Source of the DNA: an uncultured cyanobacterium
GTDB lineage: Bacteria; Cyanobacteriota; Cyanobacteriia; Cyanobacteriales; Nostocaceae
Assembly (NCBI GenBank): GCA_963740315.1
Contig: CAVUDP010000002.1
Span: 3,712,001 to 3,776,000, forward strand
DNA: 64,000 nt
Direction of reading: 5' to 3'
Shown here: positions 30,101 through 38,717 of the stretch, one piece after another
Layout of the letters: every line of letters starts with the position of its first letter
How positions within the stretch are numbered: the stretch's first letter is position 1
Notes under the pieces: model-generated
What the model saw: the letters and a program-made list of their open reading frames with translations, nothing else
The model's database searches: none
Told to the model about the DNA's origin: nothing
Made by a program: the position numbers and the translations under genes

Positions 30101-31004
30101 CTAAAGAACCAGCTAATGTATGTGCCTCTGCTGCTGCTTGAGAATGCAATTCTTTGGTTAATAATTCATCTTTGTCTAATGCTTGTACGACTTCAAGTAA
30201 TACATTTACTTGCTCAGAGACTCTTCCTTTATATTTTTCCCAAACTCCAGCGACAGCATTTAGAGTTTGAGCTTTGGTTACTTGAGAACTCGATTTTTCT
30301 TCCTCATCTCCTTGCAATATTTTCTCCTCTTCCTGGGGTTTTAATCTATAACCAATACCATATACAGTTTCAATTAAATTACCAGGGGCACCCGCAGCTT
30401 TGAGCTTCATTCGCAATCCTTTTATATGAGTACGAACGGCTTCTTCCGAAGGAATATCCTCGTAAGACCACAAATGCTCTAAAATCATTCCACAGCTAAA
30501 TACACGGCGGCTGTTGCGTAAAAATAGTTCTAATAATGAATATTCTTTAGGAGTTAAAGATAAGTTTTTTGTATCATAATCGACTTCGCAACTAGTAGGA
30601 TCGAGTCGCAAATTACCCCATTCTAATACCGGCTGTAAATTTATTTGTCCTCTACGCAATAACGCTCTAACACGAGCTACTAATTCTTCTTCCTCAAAAG
30701 GTTTAACTACATAGTCATCAGCACCAGCATCCAAACCAGTTGCTTTTTCGTGAGGACTATTGCATCCCGTTACCAACATGATAGGAATTAACCAACCACC
30801 AGCACGAATTTTTCTACAAAGACTAATACCGTCCAGTTTCGGTAAGGTGATATCTAAAATGATTAAGTCGTAGTCAAAAGCTTGAACTAATTCCCAACCT
30901 GCTTCTCCATCGTAAGTGACTTCAACTGCATAATTTTGTTGAGTTAGCACCGCACTTAAGGCTTGAGCAACAAGTTCATCATCTTCTACAATTAAAATTT
31001 TCAT
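27105..31004 (-). CDS. Hybrid protein: REC-wHTH-Hpt-REC-REC-PAS-GAF-PAS-HisKA-HATPase
   Basis: OmpR-type N-terminus (IETVYGIGYRL), Hpt AHTLAGSLG, two further REC domains, H-box SHELRTPL, N-box NLLSNA, G-boxes DSGSG and GTGLGL. Confidence 0.9.
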   Translation of the reverse strand: MKILIVEDDELVAQALSAVLTQQNYAVEVTYDGEAGWELVQAFDYDLIILDITLPKLDGISLCRKIRAGGWLIPIMLVTGCNSPHEKATGLDAGADDYVVKPFEEEELVARVRALLRRGQINLQPVLEWGNLRLDPTSCEVDYDTKNLSLTPKEYSLLELFLRNSRRVFSCGMILEHLWSYEDIPSEEAVRTHIKGLRMKLKAAGAPGNLIETVYGIGYRLKPQEEEKILQGDEEEKSSSQVTKAQTLNAVAGVWEKYKGRVSEQVNVLLEVVQALDKDELLTKELHSQAAAEAHTLAGSLGTFGFANGSKIARQIENLLKSDKVLDKTEIVQLGAKVKALLAEINVPISEVATPSNTYELDERPVLLIVDTFKRITEDLVNKAADLGLQTKIVNSISSARQKLYQEHPNVAVVDAEILDSDDGLNLLAEFKNRKPAIPVIILSQETGNHQQIINDSENVVLQKAASSEEILDTAKQLIKQSETAQTTVLAVDDDPKILEVLQKLLKHWGITIKTLAEPQKFWETLEEIQPDLLILDVEMPGFSGIELCNEVRNNSRWSELPILFLTVHNQPEIVNQVYSVGADDFVSKPIVGPELVTRIVNRLERIKSQERLIKQREKYSKSESERWRKVFNASPECIKLVSADGTLLEMNPAGLAIIEADETAIGKNIYSVVLPQYRQAYEDLNKSVCQGNQGNLEFEITGNQGKHRFLETHGVPLLNPENGELVQLAITRDISKQKQAEVEKERINQLLKAKVEQQAAIAKLGQSALTNKDIFALMDETVALVAQSLDVEFCHILENLPSGNAMLLRAGVGWNQGLVRLALLNFDQNLVTKEPFIIEDLNQETRFHSPTLLKEHGIISGATVPIFGIDCSYGVLGVYTSAKRTFNQDDIYFLQAITNVISGAIEKHYTENSLRKKSQELENRVAERTAELVKMNECLQLELGERQRAQAQFKGIVDIAWDAIICIDSNQCITLFNQGAEKIFGYSVAEAVGKPLNLLLPELAIETNRYHVENFGNSSAKSRKMGERREILGKRKDGSEFSAEASISKLNLGNKTVYTVYLQDISHRKQIERMKNEFVSVVSHELRTPLTSIHGSLGMLSTDLIPMCSKDGKRLVQIATDSTERLVRLINDILDIERIESGKIIMSKQSCDLTELITQAINLAQPLADKAQVKLLIENSSLQVLVDADRFIQILTNLLSNAIRFSEPGGTVRLTATEQNSEILITVQDSGSGIPEDKLEIIFERFQQVDSSDSRNHEGTGLGLAISRSIVEMHGGKIWTESTVGVGSTFYFTLPNNS

Positions 31005-31245
31005 AGTTTTTGGCAGTTGAATTTTGATAGAGGTTTGTATCAGAAATTATTAATATTATTGCTGTTTTGTATAAGTGATGAAAGGTTTTACCATTCTATT
31101 TTAAAACGTTTATATAATCTATTGTGATTTAACTAGATAAATATAATTTTTATTTAATTATTCGATGTCTAATGTTATAACAAAAATTTACTTACAGCAA
31201 AACACTATTGTTGTTTCAAATACTTGTAGTTATATAAAATATTTA

Positions 31246-31263
31246 TCCTCACAACTTCCTCAA
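31246..31263 (+). promoter_or_regulatory. Direct-repeat regulator box upstream of usp
   Basis: TCCTCACAACTTCCTCAA, 10 nt, then TAAATT. Confidence 0.8.
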
Positions 31264-31361
31264 ATTTTAGATTTAAATTTAAATTGAATAAGTAAATAAC
31301 ACGAAAAAATATCTTTCATAGTTTTTTATTTTTTCATATTGCGATAGAAGAGGTAAATAAT

Positions 31362-31892
31362 ATGTTTAAGAAAATTTTAGTTGCCATAGACGATGGAGAC
31401 ACCAATCAAAATGTTTTTCGCGAAGCTATATCTTTAGCTTTAGTAACCGATGCTCAACTAATACTTACTCACGTAGTTCCTCCTTTCACTGAAATATATC
31501 CCGAACCTGGATACATTGCGGTACATGGTTATCATCCGACCATACATGGTGAAACCACAATTAATCACTATATGCAAAAATTAGAAGCTTTAGAAAGAGA
31601 AAGTATTAACTTGTTACAATCCTTTGCTTCGGAAGCTCAAGCTTGTGGTGTAAAAGCTGAAATTGTTCAAGCTACTGGTTCTCCTGGATTTATGATTTGT
31701 AAAGTTGCTCGCAATAGAAAAGTTGATTTGATTTTAATTGGTCGTCATGGACGTACCGGATTGAGTGAATTTTTCTTGGGTAGTGTTAGCAATTACGTGT
31801 TACACCATGCACCTTGCTCGGTTTTAACTATTCAAGGAAAGGTTCATCCACAGGAAGCCAATTCATTAACTATGGAAGCAGCTTTGATGTAA
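31362..31892 (+). CDS. Universal stress protein
   Basis: MFKKILVAID and GRHGRTGLSEFFLGSVSNYVLHHAPCSVL. Confidence 0.95.
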   Translation: MFKKILVAIDDGDTNQNVFREAISLALVTDAQLILTHVVPPFTEIYPEPGYIAVHGYHPTIHGETTINHYMQKLEALERESINLLQSFASEAQACGVKAEIVQATGSPGFMICKVARNRKVDLILIGRHGRTGLSEFFLGSVSNYVLHHAPCSVLTIQGKVHPQEANSLTMEAALM

Positions 31893-32028
31893 TTGGAAAG
31901 GAATTTTATATACCTCCTAAATAATTTTGGGAGGTATTGTATAAATGATGATTTTATAAAAAAGCTGTTCATAAAATACTTATATAAAATTCATCATTTT
32001 CAAGAGATAATTAAAGAAATTCATATTT

Positions 32029-32274
32029 TTAACTTGCCAACGGCGGCACAGAAGAATTTATGACGTGTTTTCTTCGGAAAGATAATAGATGATTGTTTTT
32101 CTTGGTTGGATTTAACTGTGTTGGTAATTCTCCAGCTATCGTCTCTGTAGATAAAACCGATTTTTTACTAGTACATACTGGCATAGCTTGCCAACAACTC
32201 CGACAAAACCAGTAACTTCCATTTGTACCAACATAAGACAAAAGTATATCGTTACAGCAGGGACAGCAATGCAT
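32029..32274 (-). CDS. Small Zn-ribbon-like protein
   Basis: CPCC...WFCRSC; GAGGA SD before the ATG at 32274. Confidence 0.75.
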   Translation of the reverse strand: MHCCPCCNDILLSYVGTNGSYWFCRSCWQAMPVCTSKKSVLSTETIAGELPTQLNPTKKNNHLLSFRRKHVINSSVPPLAS

Positions 32275-32319
32275 GATTAAATCCTCAGTGTTCCATTGCA
32301 ATGACTATAAATTTTAAAT

Positions 32320-32337
32320 TTGAGGAACTTGTGAGGA
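32320..32337 (-). promoter_or_regulatory. Direct-repeat regulator box upstream of the Zn-ribbon gene
   Basis: TCCTCACAAGTTCCTCAA, 10 nt, then TATAGT. Confidence 0.8.
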
Positions 32338-32428
32338 GAGAGGAGGATTGAGGGAGGGGGAGAGTGGGGGAGAGGGGTAAGAATAATTAATTTAATACTT
32401 TATTAATGGATTGAATACCTTATTTAAA

Positions 32429-32453
32429 GTAGGGAGCGAGACGCTCCCACTAC
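32429..32453. repeat. GTAG-type REP-like palindrome, copy 1
   Basis: GTAGGGAGCGAGACGCTCCCACTAC; 24 nt identical to 35101-35124. Confidence 0.8.
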
Positions 32454-32501
32454 ATTCTTAATTCCTAACTCATAACTCCTAACTCATAACTCTTAAAATC
32501 G

Positions 32502-32519
32502 TCCTCACAAAATCCTCAA
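32502..32519 (+). promoter_or_regulatory. Direct-repeat regulator box upstream of ppsA
   Basis: TCCTCACAAAATCCTCAA, 10 nt, then TATAAA. Confidence 0.8.
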
Positions 32520-32586
32520 ATTAACCAACTATAAAAATATTTGTGTGAGAAGAGAACGGAAACGCTGGTATTGCTCAAATCGAGTT

Positions 32587-35067
32587 ATGGAAGTAAAAGC
32601 GATGCAAAACACGGTTATTAATCAAAAATCGAAACGCTCTCTTTCGATTGAACAAGCTTTAGTATTACCTTTTGATGAAGTTGGAATTGTTGATATATCT
32701 AAAGTTGGTGGAAAAAACGCTTCTTTGGGTGAAATGATTCGTCAGCTTGAACCCAAGGGTGTAAAAGTTCCTACCGGATTTGCTACTACTGCTGACGCTT
32801 ATCGATATTTTATCAAAGCGGCAGGATTGGAAACGAAACTTAGAGAAATATTTGCAGATTTAGATGTAGAGGATATTAGCAACCTGCGAGAACGGGGTAG
32901 AAAAGCAAGAATTTTAATGTTGCAAACCTCTTTTCCTGAAGAATTGCAGCAAGCTATAGCCCAAGCTTACCAAAATCTCTGCAACCAGTACGGTACCGAT
33001 ACTGATGTCGCAGTTCGCTCTAGTGCTACTGCTGAAGATTTGCCAGATGCTAGTTTTGCAGGACAGCAAGAAACTTATCTCAACGTCCACGGACTACCTA
33101 ATGTTTTACAAGCTTGTCATAAGTGTTTTGCATCGATTTTTACCGATAGAGCCATTTCTTACCGTCAAATAAAAGGCTTTGACCATTTTGATGTAGCCCT
33201 TTCTGTCGGCGTGCAAAAAATGGTACGTTCTGACTTATCAACTTCTGGCGTGATGTTTTCCATCGATACAGAAACTGGCTTTAAAGATGCGGCTTTAATT
33301 ACAGCAGCCTATGGTTTGGGTGAAAATGTGGTGCAAGGTGCAGTAAATCCCGATGAGTATTTGGTATTTAAACCGACGCTCAAACAAGGTTATTATCCCA
33401 TTTTAAAAAAACGTCTGGGAAGTAAAGAAATCAAGATGGTTTACGAAATGGGAGGGACAAAATTAACCAAAAATATTCCCGTACCCGTTGGCGATCGCTA
33501 TTTATTTGCTTTATCCGACGAAGAAATTTTAAAGTTAGCTCATTGGGCTTGTTTAATCGAGGAACACTACTCAAAAGTGCGCGGTACTTATACTCCGATG
33601 GATATCGAATGGGCAAAAGACGGTATCACCAACGAATTATTTATCGTCCAAGCTCGTCCTGAAACGGTACAGTCGCAGAAGGTAAATAACGTTTTGCGTA
33701 CCTATCATTTCGTCAAAGATAATAATTCCTCCCCTCTTCCCCCACTCTCCCCCTCGCCCACTCCTCTCCTCACTGGACGTAGTGTAGGCTCTGCAATCGG
33801 ACAAGGTAAAGCCAAAGTAATCCTTGATGTAAATAATCTCAATCTGTTTGAAGAAGGTGATGTACTGATAACAAACCGTACAGACCCAGATTGGGAACCA
33901 ATCATGAAAAAAGCTGCTGCCATAGTAACTAATTCTGGTGGTCGTACTTGTCACAGCGCTATTATTGCTAGAGAATTAGGAATTCCGGCAGTAGTTGGTT
34001 GCGGTAATGCCACTACGACTTTAACAACAGGAGAAGATATCACCGTTTCTTGTGCTGAAGGTGAAACGGGTAAAGTTTACCGGGGTTTACTACCTTATGA
34101 AGTAGAAGAAATACATCTGGAAAAATTGCCCCATATCCCCACAAAAATAATGATGAATGTGGGTAATCCCGAAGAAGCTTTTGGTTTAAGTGCTATACCT
34201 AACTCGGGTGTGGGACTTGCAAGGATGGAATTTATTATTGCTAACCATATCAAAGCGCACCCACTAGCATTAATTTATTTTCATGAGTTGACAGATAAAT
34301 TTGAGAAATCCAAAATTTTTGAATTAACTCGTAATTACGAAGATAAAACGCAATTCTTTGTAGATAAATTAGCTAGAGGAATCGGAACTATAGCCGCAGC
34401 ATTTTATCCCAAACCTGTAATTGTCCGTTTGAGTGATTTCAAAAGTAACGAATATTCCAATCTTTTGGGTGGAAAACAATTTGAACCACACGAAGAAAAC
34501 CCGATGTTAGGATGGCGTGGTGCTTCTCGTTATTACGATCCAAAATACCGCGAAGGTTTTGCTTTAGAATGTCGGGCTATGAAACGAGTACGAGACGAAA
34601 TGGGTTTAACCAACGTGATTTTAATGGTTCCATTCTGTCGCACTCCCGAAGAAGGTAGCCGTGTTTTAGCAGAGATGGCAAAAAACGGTTTAGTCAAAGG
34701 TGAAAACGGCTTGCAGGTTTACGTAATGTGCGAATTACCTTCTAACGTTCAACTGGCAGATGAATTTTGCGAAGTTTTCGACGGTTTTTCAATCGGTTCC
34801 AATGATTTAACTCAGCTAACCCTTGGTTTAGATAGAGATTCGGAATTAGTAGCGCATTTGTTTGACGAACGTAACGAAGCAGTCAAGCGGATGATAGCTA
34901 AAGCAATAACCACCGTCAAACAAAACGGACGTAAAATCGGTATCTGCGGACAAGCACCCAGCGACTATCCCGAATTTGCTCGCTTTTTAGTAGAGCAAGG
35001 AATTGATTCAATGAGTCTTAATCCGGATTCGGTGTTGAAGACGCTTTTAGAAATTGCTTCACTTTAA
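32587..35067 (+). CDS. ppsA: Phosphoenolpyruvate synthase
   Basis: VGGKNASLGEM, RSSATAED, GGRTCHSAIIARE (phospho-His), SIGSNDLTQ and GICGQAPSD. Confidence 0.96.
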   Translation: MEVKAMQNTVINQKSKRSLSIEQALVLPFDEVGIVDISKVGGKNASLGEMIRQLEPKGVKVPTGFATTADAYRYFIKAAGLETKLREIFADLDVEDISNLRERGRKARILMLQTSFPEELQQAIAQAYQNLCNQYGTDTDVAVRSSATAEDLPDASFAGQQETYLNVHGLPNVLQACHKCFASIFTDRAISYRQIKGFDHFDVALSVGVQKMVRSDLSTSGVMFSIDTETGFKDAALITAAYGLGENVVQGAVNPDEYLVFKPTLKQGYYPILKKRLGSKEIKMVYEMGGTKLTKNIPVPVGDRYLFALSDEEILKLAHWACLIEEHYSKVRGTYTPMDIEWAKDGITNELFIVQARPETVQSQKVNNVLRTYHFVKDNNSSPLPPLSPSPTPLLTGRSVGSAIGQGKAKVILDVNNLNLFEEGDVLITNRTDPDWEPIMKKAAAIVTNSGGRTCHSAIIARELGIPAVVGCGNATTTLTTGEDITVSCAEGETGKVYRGLLPYEVEEIHLEKLPHIPTKIMMNVGNPEEAFGLSAIPNSGVGLARMEFIIANHIKAHPLALIYFHELTDKFEKSKIFELTRNYEDKTQFFVDKLARGIGTIAAAFYPKPVIVRLSDFKSNEYSNLLGGKQFEPHEENPMLGWRGASRYYDPKYREGFALECRAMKRVRDEMGLTNVILMVPFCRTPEEGSRVLAEMAKNGLVKGENGLQVYVMCELPSNVQLADEFCEVFDGFSIGSNDLTQLTLGLDRDSELVAHLFDERNEAVKRMIAKAITTVKQNGRKIGICGQAPSDYPEFARFLVEQGIDSMSLNPDSVLKTLLEIASL

Positions 35068-35100
35068 AGAAGTGGGAGGAGGAGACAAGGATGGTTTTTC

Positions 35101-35200
35101 TAGGGAGCGAGACGCTCCCACTACGTTTTTAATATTTACTACTTATGACTCCTCACTCCTCACTCCTAACTGATAACTGTTCACTGTTCACTGTTCACTG
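35101..35200. repeat. REP-like palindrome copy 2 plus STRR heptamers
   Basis: TAGGGAGCGAGACGCTCCCACTAC followed by ACTCCTC and CTGTTCA units. Confidence 0.8.
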
Positions 35201-35208
35201 AAAATATT

Positions 35209-35745
35209 ATGTTTAACAAAATTTTGGTTTCGATTGACAATTCTGATATGACTCAACACGTTGTTGATGAAGCTGTATCTTTAGCAAAAGCAACGGGTGG
35301 AAGTTTGATGTTTCTACACGTTATATCTCCACTGGATGAGCCATATTTTGACCCTTTGTTTATGCAACCAACTATTCTTTATACAGAATTACACCAAGAA
35401 GCTCATAAGAAGAATTTGAGCGATTGGGAAAAATTTAAGCAAGACAAACATAATTGGCTGCGTTCTTTATGTGATTCAGCAACTTCTTCTGGTGTCAAAA
35501 CTGAGTTCACTCTTAATATAGGCGAACCAAGTAGCAGGATTTGCGATATGGCTCGTAGTTGGGATGCTGATGTAATTGTAATTGGTCGTCGAGGTCATCG
35601 CGGTTTAAGTGAATTGTTTTTAGGTAGCGTTAGTAATTATGTAATGCACCATGCACCTTGTTCGGTGCTAACAGTTCAAGGTTTTACTGTTCCGACTGCG
35701 GAAACATCTCAAGTGAAAAAAATAGAAATAAAAAATGCTGATTAA
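35209..35745 (+). CDS. Universal stress protein
   Basis: MFNKILVSID and GRRGHRGLSELFLGSVSNYVMHHAPCSVL. Confidence 0.95.
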   Translation: MFNKILVSIDNSDMTQHVVDEAVSLAKATGGSLMFLHVISPLDEPYFDPLFMQPTILYTELHQEAHKKNLSDWEKFKQDKHNWLRSLCDSATSSGVKTEFTLNIGEPSSRICDMARSWDADVIVIGRRGHRGLSELFLGSVSNYVMHHAPCSVLTVQGFTVPTAETSQVKKIEIKNAD

Positions 35746-35764
35746 AAAATAAATAATTGAGGGA

Positions 35765-35922
35765 AGCGAGATAATTCGCGGTAGCGAAGTTGCGCTGTCA
35801 AATTCCTACATTGCTGGTGCGATTCTGTTGGGAATTGCCCCTTGTACTGCAATGGTATTGATGTGGGGATATCTTTCTTACAGCAATCAAGGACACACCT
35901 TGGTAATGGTGGCAGTAAATTC
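35765..35922 (+). pseudogene. acr3: Internal fragment of an ACR3 arsenite efflux gene
   Basis: Translates as [36 protein letters not shown], the ACR3 signature; no start and no 3' part. Confidence 0.8.
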
Positions 35923-36141
35923 CATTGACTGGATTCCTTTAAGTATAGGAGCAGTTAGACCAACTCAGGGTAGAACTTTGGCTGTAATGCAAGTCAGTGG
36001 TTGGATAGAAGGGAGTAAACTAACGCCAACTTGAATCAGCCACATGAGGTGATGTTTTGAGGGTGAGTAGTTAGCGCGATCGCAAACTCACCTACAAATA
36101 TTGCAAGATTTTCCATACCGTCCAATCTTCTGTCACCAAAC

Positions 36142-36684
36142 CTAAATAGACTTGATTTTTGTCCACCACTCCAACAACACAGCTCGACATTGCAAACAGG
36201 TCAATGAATTAAGTAACGATGCGATACCATCATGATTAATTGGATACATCGCTCCGATAAAATTTGATGGTATCTGCACGGTGGATTGTAATTCAACAAC
36301 AAATCCAAACAGTTTCTGATTAGAGAAGGAACTATTTATAGTCCAGCCCTGGGTATTTAAAGGTGTCAGTTGGGAAATTGTATCTGCTGTAATTCCCAAT
36401 TCTCGCTGAAGAATTTTCGGCACCATTGTAATAGGTTTCTCTGCTTCTGGAACTCTTCCACCGGGAAAATCGAGGGTTTTTTCTTGCACTCCCGGACGAT
36501 AGCTTGGGGGTGGTAAAATTAATTGCTGGTTTTGAATTGGTAAAATAATTACCGAGTCTGCTTTTTCTACTCGCCAATATTCGAGGATTTGTCCCTTATC
36601 ATCTTGGAGATGTTCGCCAATTACTGTCACCCATCGGGAGTGTAACTCTAAGATTTTATCCTGAATTTGCCAACCTGTATTCAT
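36142..36684 (-). CDS. NUDIX-like hydrolase
   Basis: YRPGV..TLDFPGG......ILQRELG, a degenerate Nudix box. Confidence 0.75.
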   Translation of the reverse strand: MNTGWQIQDKILELHSRWVTVIGEHLQDDKGQILEYWRVEKADSVIILPIQNQQLILPPPSYRPGVQEKTLDFPGGRVPEAEKPITMVPKILQRELGITADTISQLTPLNTQGWTINSSFSNQKLFGFVVELQSTVQIPSNFIGAMYPINHDGIASLLNSLTCLQCRAVLLEWWTKIKSI

Positions 36685-36762
36685 AAACAGCAGTTCCCAG
36701 ATTTGGAAAATGAGCAAGAGTAGTATTTCTGATAGCGGTGGTTGATTTCAAAATATCGCGGC

Positions 36763-36981
36763 TTATATTTTTGCTGCTGCTAATTCGGCTTTAGCTTCAG
36801 ATGCCAATTCTTTACCACCTTCATACACAACTATACCTGCTTTGATGGTTCCCTTAGCAATGGATTTACCAACTTTCTTCACTACCGGAACCACAACTGG
36901 TGCAAGTAAAAAAGCACCTACACTGCCAAGGACTAATCCTATTATTCCACTAGGAAAGAGACAGCGATAACCCGTCCTCAC
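36763..36981 (-). CDS. DUF5132-like small protein, probably a remnant
   Basis: LLAPVVVP..VGK.IAK..IK.GI..YE...EAKAEL pattern. Confidence 0.5.
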   Translation of the reverse strand: MRTGYRCLFPSGIIGLVLGSVGAFLLAPVVVPVVKKVGKSIAKGTIKAGIVVYEGGKELASEAKAELAAAKI

Positions 36982-37007
36982 TATTTTGAGTCACACTCTT
37001 GGCTAAT

Positions 37008-37475
37008 TCATATTTCCATTTCACGATTAATTCCCTCCTTTATCCCATTATCTGGGTGAAAATCTCTTTCAAAGTCCCCACCTCTACTAAACTGTCCAAA
37101 ACGACGACCTCTACGTCTTTTGTGACGATGACCAAAAGCTTCTTCTGAGGGGGAATCATCAATTTGAGTCTCTTGTGTGGATAAGAGTTGTTGAATCTCT
37201 CCTATCAATTGTCGTACTTTTTGCCATTCTCCAGACTCAACAGATTCAGCGTCACATTTGGTTTGCCATTCATTTAAAATTGCATTCAGCTGCGAATAAG
37301 TTGCTCGACACATATATTCTCCTTGGTCTAACTGTTTACCAATCTCCAACAGTTCCTCTCTCAGTGCTACGGGAACCCGGATGGTTTTGGTTTCACCGTG
37401 CCTCCAGCCAGCTTTTCTCCCGGCATTTCTCCGGCATCCACCTCTACCCATATTCATATTCGTTTTCATTTTCAT
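37008..37475 (-). CDS. Putative DNA-binding protein
   Basis: GGCRRNAGRK..W..GETKTIRVP (AT-hook/RHH-like) N-terminus and Arg-rich tail. Confidence 0.65.
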   Translation of the reverse strand: MKMKTNMNMGRGGCRRNAGRKAGWRHGETKTIRVPVALREELLEIGKQLDQGEYMCRATYSQLNAILNEWQTKCDAESVESGEWQKVRQLIGEIQQLLSTQETQIDDSPSEEAFGHRHKRRRGRRFGQFSRGGDFERDFHPDNGIKEGINREMEI

Positions 37476-37631
37476 GACCTCGTTTATTTCTTACACTTTT
37501 ATTATAGAATATATTTTTGATTTTGTGTCAATATCTATAGTCTATTACTAGTAGATATTATAGATTTTGTGACGAAATAGTTTTTGTAGATTTATCCGTA
37601 AAAATTTAGAATAATTTCCCTCACTCCCTCT

Positions 37632-38564
37632 TTATTGATTCCACATCGGAGTACTGAGATATCGCTCTCCAGAACTTGCTTGAACAGCCACAATCAATTT
37701 ACCTTGATATTCTGGTATGGCTCCTACTTGTAATGCTGCATACAAAACTGCTCCTGTAGAAATACCACTAATAATGCCTTCCTGTCGCGCCAGTTGACGA
37801 CCTAGTTCATAAGCTTGTTCATCAGCAACAGTGACAATTTCATCAATTAAATCGACCCGCAGCACATCTGGAATAAAGCCTGCACCAATACCTTGGATAT
37901 TGTGTAATCCGGGGGACTGATGATTTAGGACAGCACTAGTGGCAGGTTCAACCGCGACAATTCTTATTTGGGGATTTTTTTGTTTGAGGTAGCGTCCAGC
38001 ACCTGTTAGAGTTCCCCCAGTTCCGACACCAACCACAAGTACAGCAATCTTTCCCTCTGTATCCTGCCAAATTTCTGGTCCTGTGGTTTGGTAGTGAATT
38101 TTGGGGTTAGCAGGATTGCTGAATTGCTGGGGAGAAAAGGTATTAGGGATACTGGCTAGCAGTTCATTAGCGCGGGATATGGCACCAGCCATGTCTTCTG
38201 CTTCGGGAGTGGTGACAACTTCAGCACCATAAGCTTGAATAATTTGCTGACGTTCTCGGCTCATATTTTCTGGCATTGTCAGGATTAAACGATATCCTTT
38301 AGCAGCACAAACCATTGCTAAACCGATACCAGTATTACCAGAAGTTGCCTCAATAATTGTGGAAACTCCTGGCTGTATTAAACCAGCCGCTTCTGCCTCA
38401 ATAATCATACTGATAGCAATGCGGTCTTTTACTGATTTTGCCGGATTCATCCCTTCCAATTTTAGGGCGATATTAGCAACGCAGTTTGCATTTTTGGGTA
38501 AATTTTGTAGTTTTACCAAGGGGGTACGACCAATGATTTCGGTAATATTGTTATAAATGGGCAT
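37632..38564 (-). CDS. cysK: Cysteine synthase A
   Basis: NPAKSVKDR (PLP Lys), ATSGNTGIG, GVGTGGT, IQGIG and GERYLST. Confidence 0.95.
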   Translation of the reverse strand: MPIYNNITEIIGRTPLVKLQNLPKNANCVANIALKLEGMNPAKSVKDRIAISMIIEAEAAGLIQPGVSTIIEATSGNTGIGLAMVCAAKGYRLILTMPENMSRERQQIIQAYGAEVVTTPEAEDMAGAISRANELLASIPNTFSPQQFSNPANPKIHYQTTGPEIWQDTEGKIAVLVVGVGTGGTLTGAGRYLKQKNPQIRIVAVEPATSAVLNHQSPGLHNIQGIGAGFIPDVLRVDLIDEIVTVADEQAYELGRQLARQEGIISGISTGAVLYAALQVGAIPEYQGKLIVAVQASSGERYLSTPMWNQ

Positions 38565-38717
38565 GGTTTTTATTAGTTGAAATAGTTATTTTTGATATTT
38601 AATGACAGTACTTTTCCTGCGAACAAGCTACAAATAAATTTCAGCAAGCTGAAGTTTCTTGTAATTAATATGCAATAGAAATCAATCAGATTTTGGAAAA
38701 TTTTTACTCTGCAATTT

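Noticed and set aside
31246..31263. Box similarity to the Yfr1 sRNA motif ACTCCTCACAC
   Set aside because: No flanking hairpins; the direct-repeat structure and fixed distance to a -10 favour a DNA site
35828..36034. 68-aa ORF as an intact gene
   Set aside because: Its first half is an acr3 fragment and the rest is unrelated read-through
37542..37561. CTATTACTA-GT-AGATATTAT as a fifth ArsR operator
   Set aside because: The right half-site is too degenerate for AT-rich DNA
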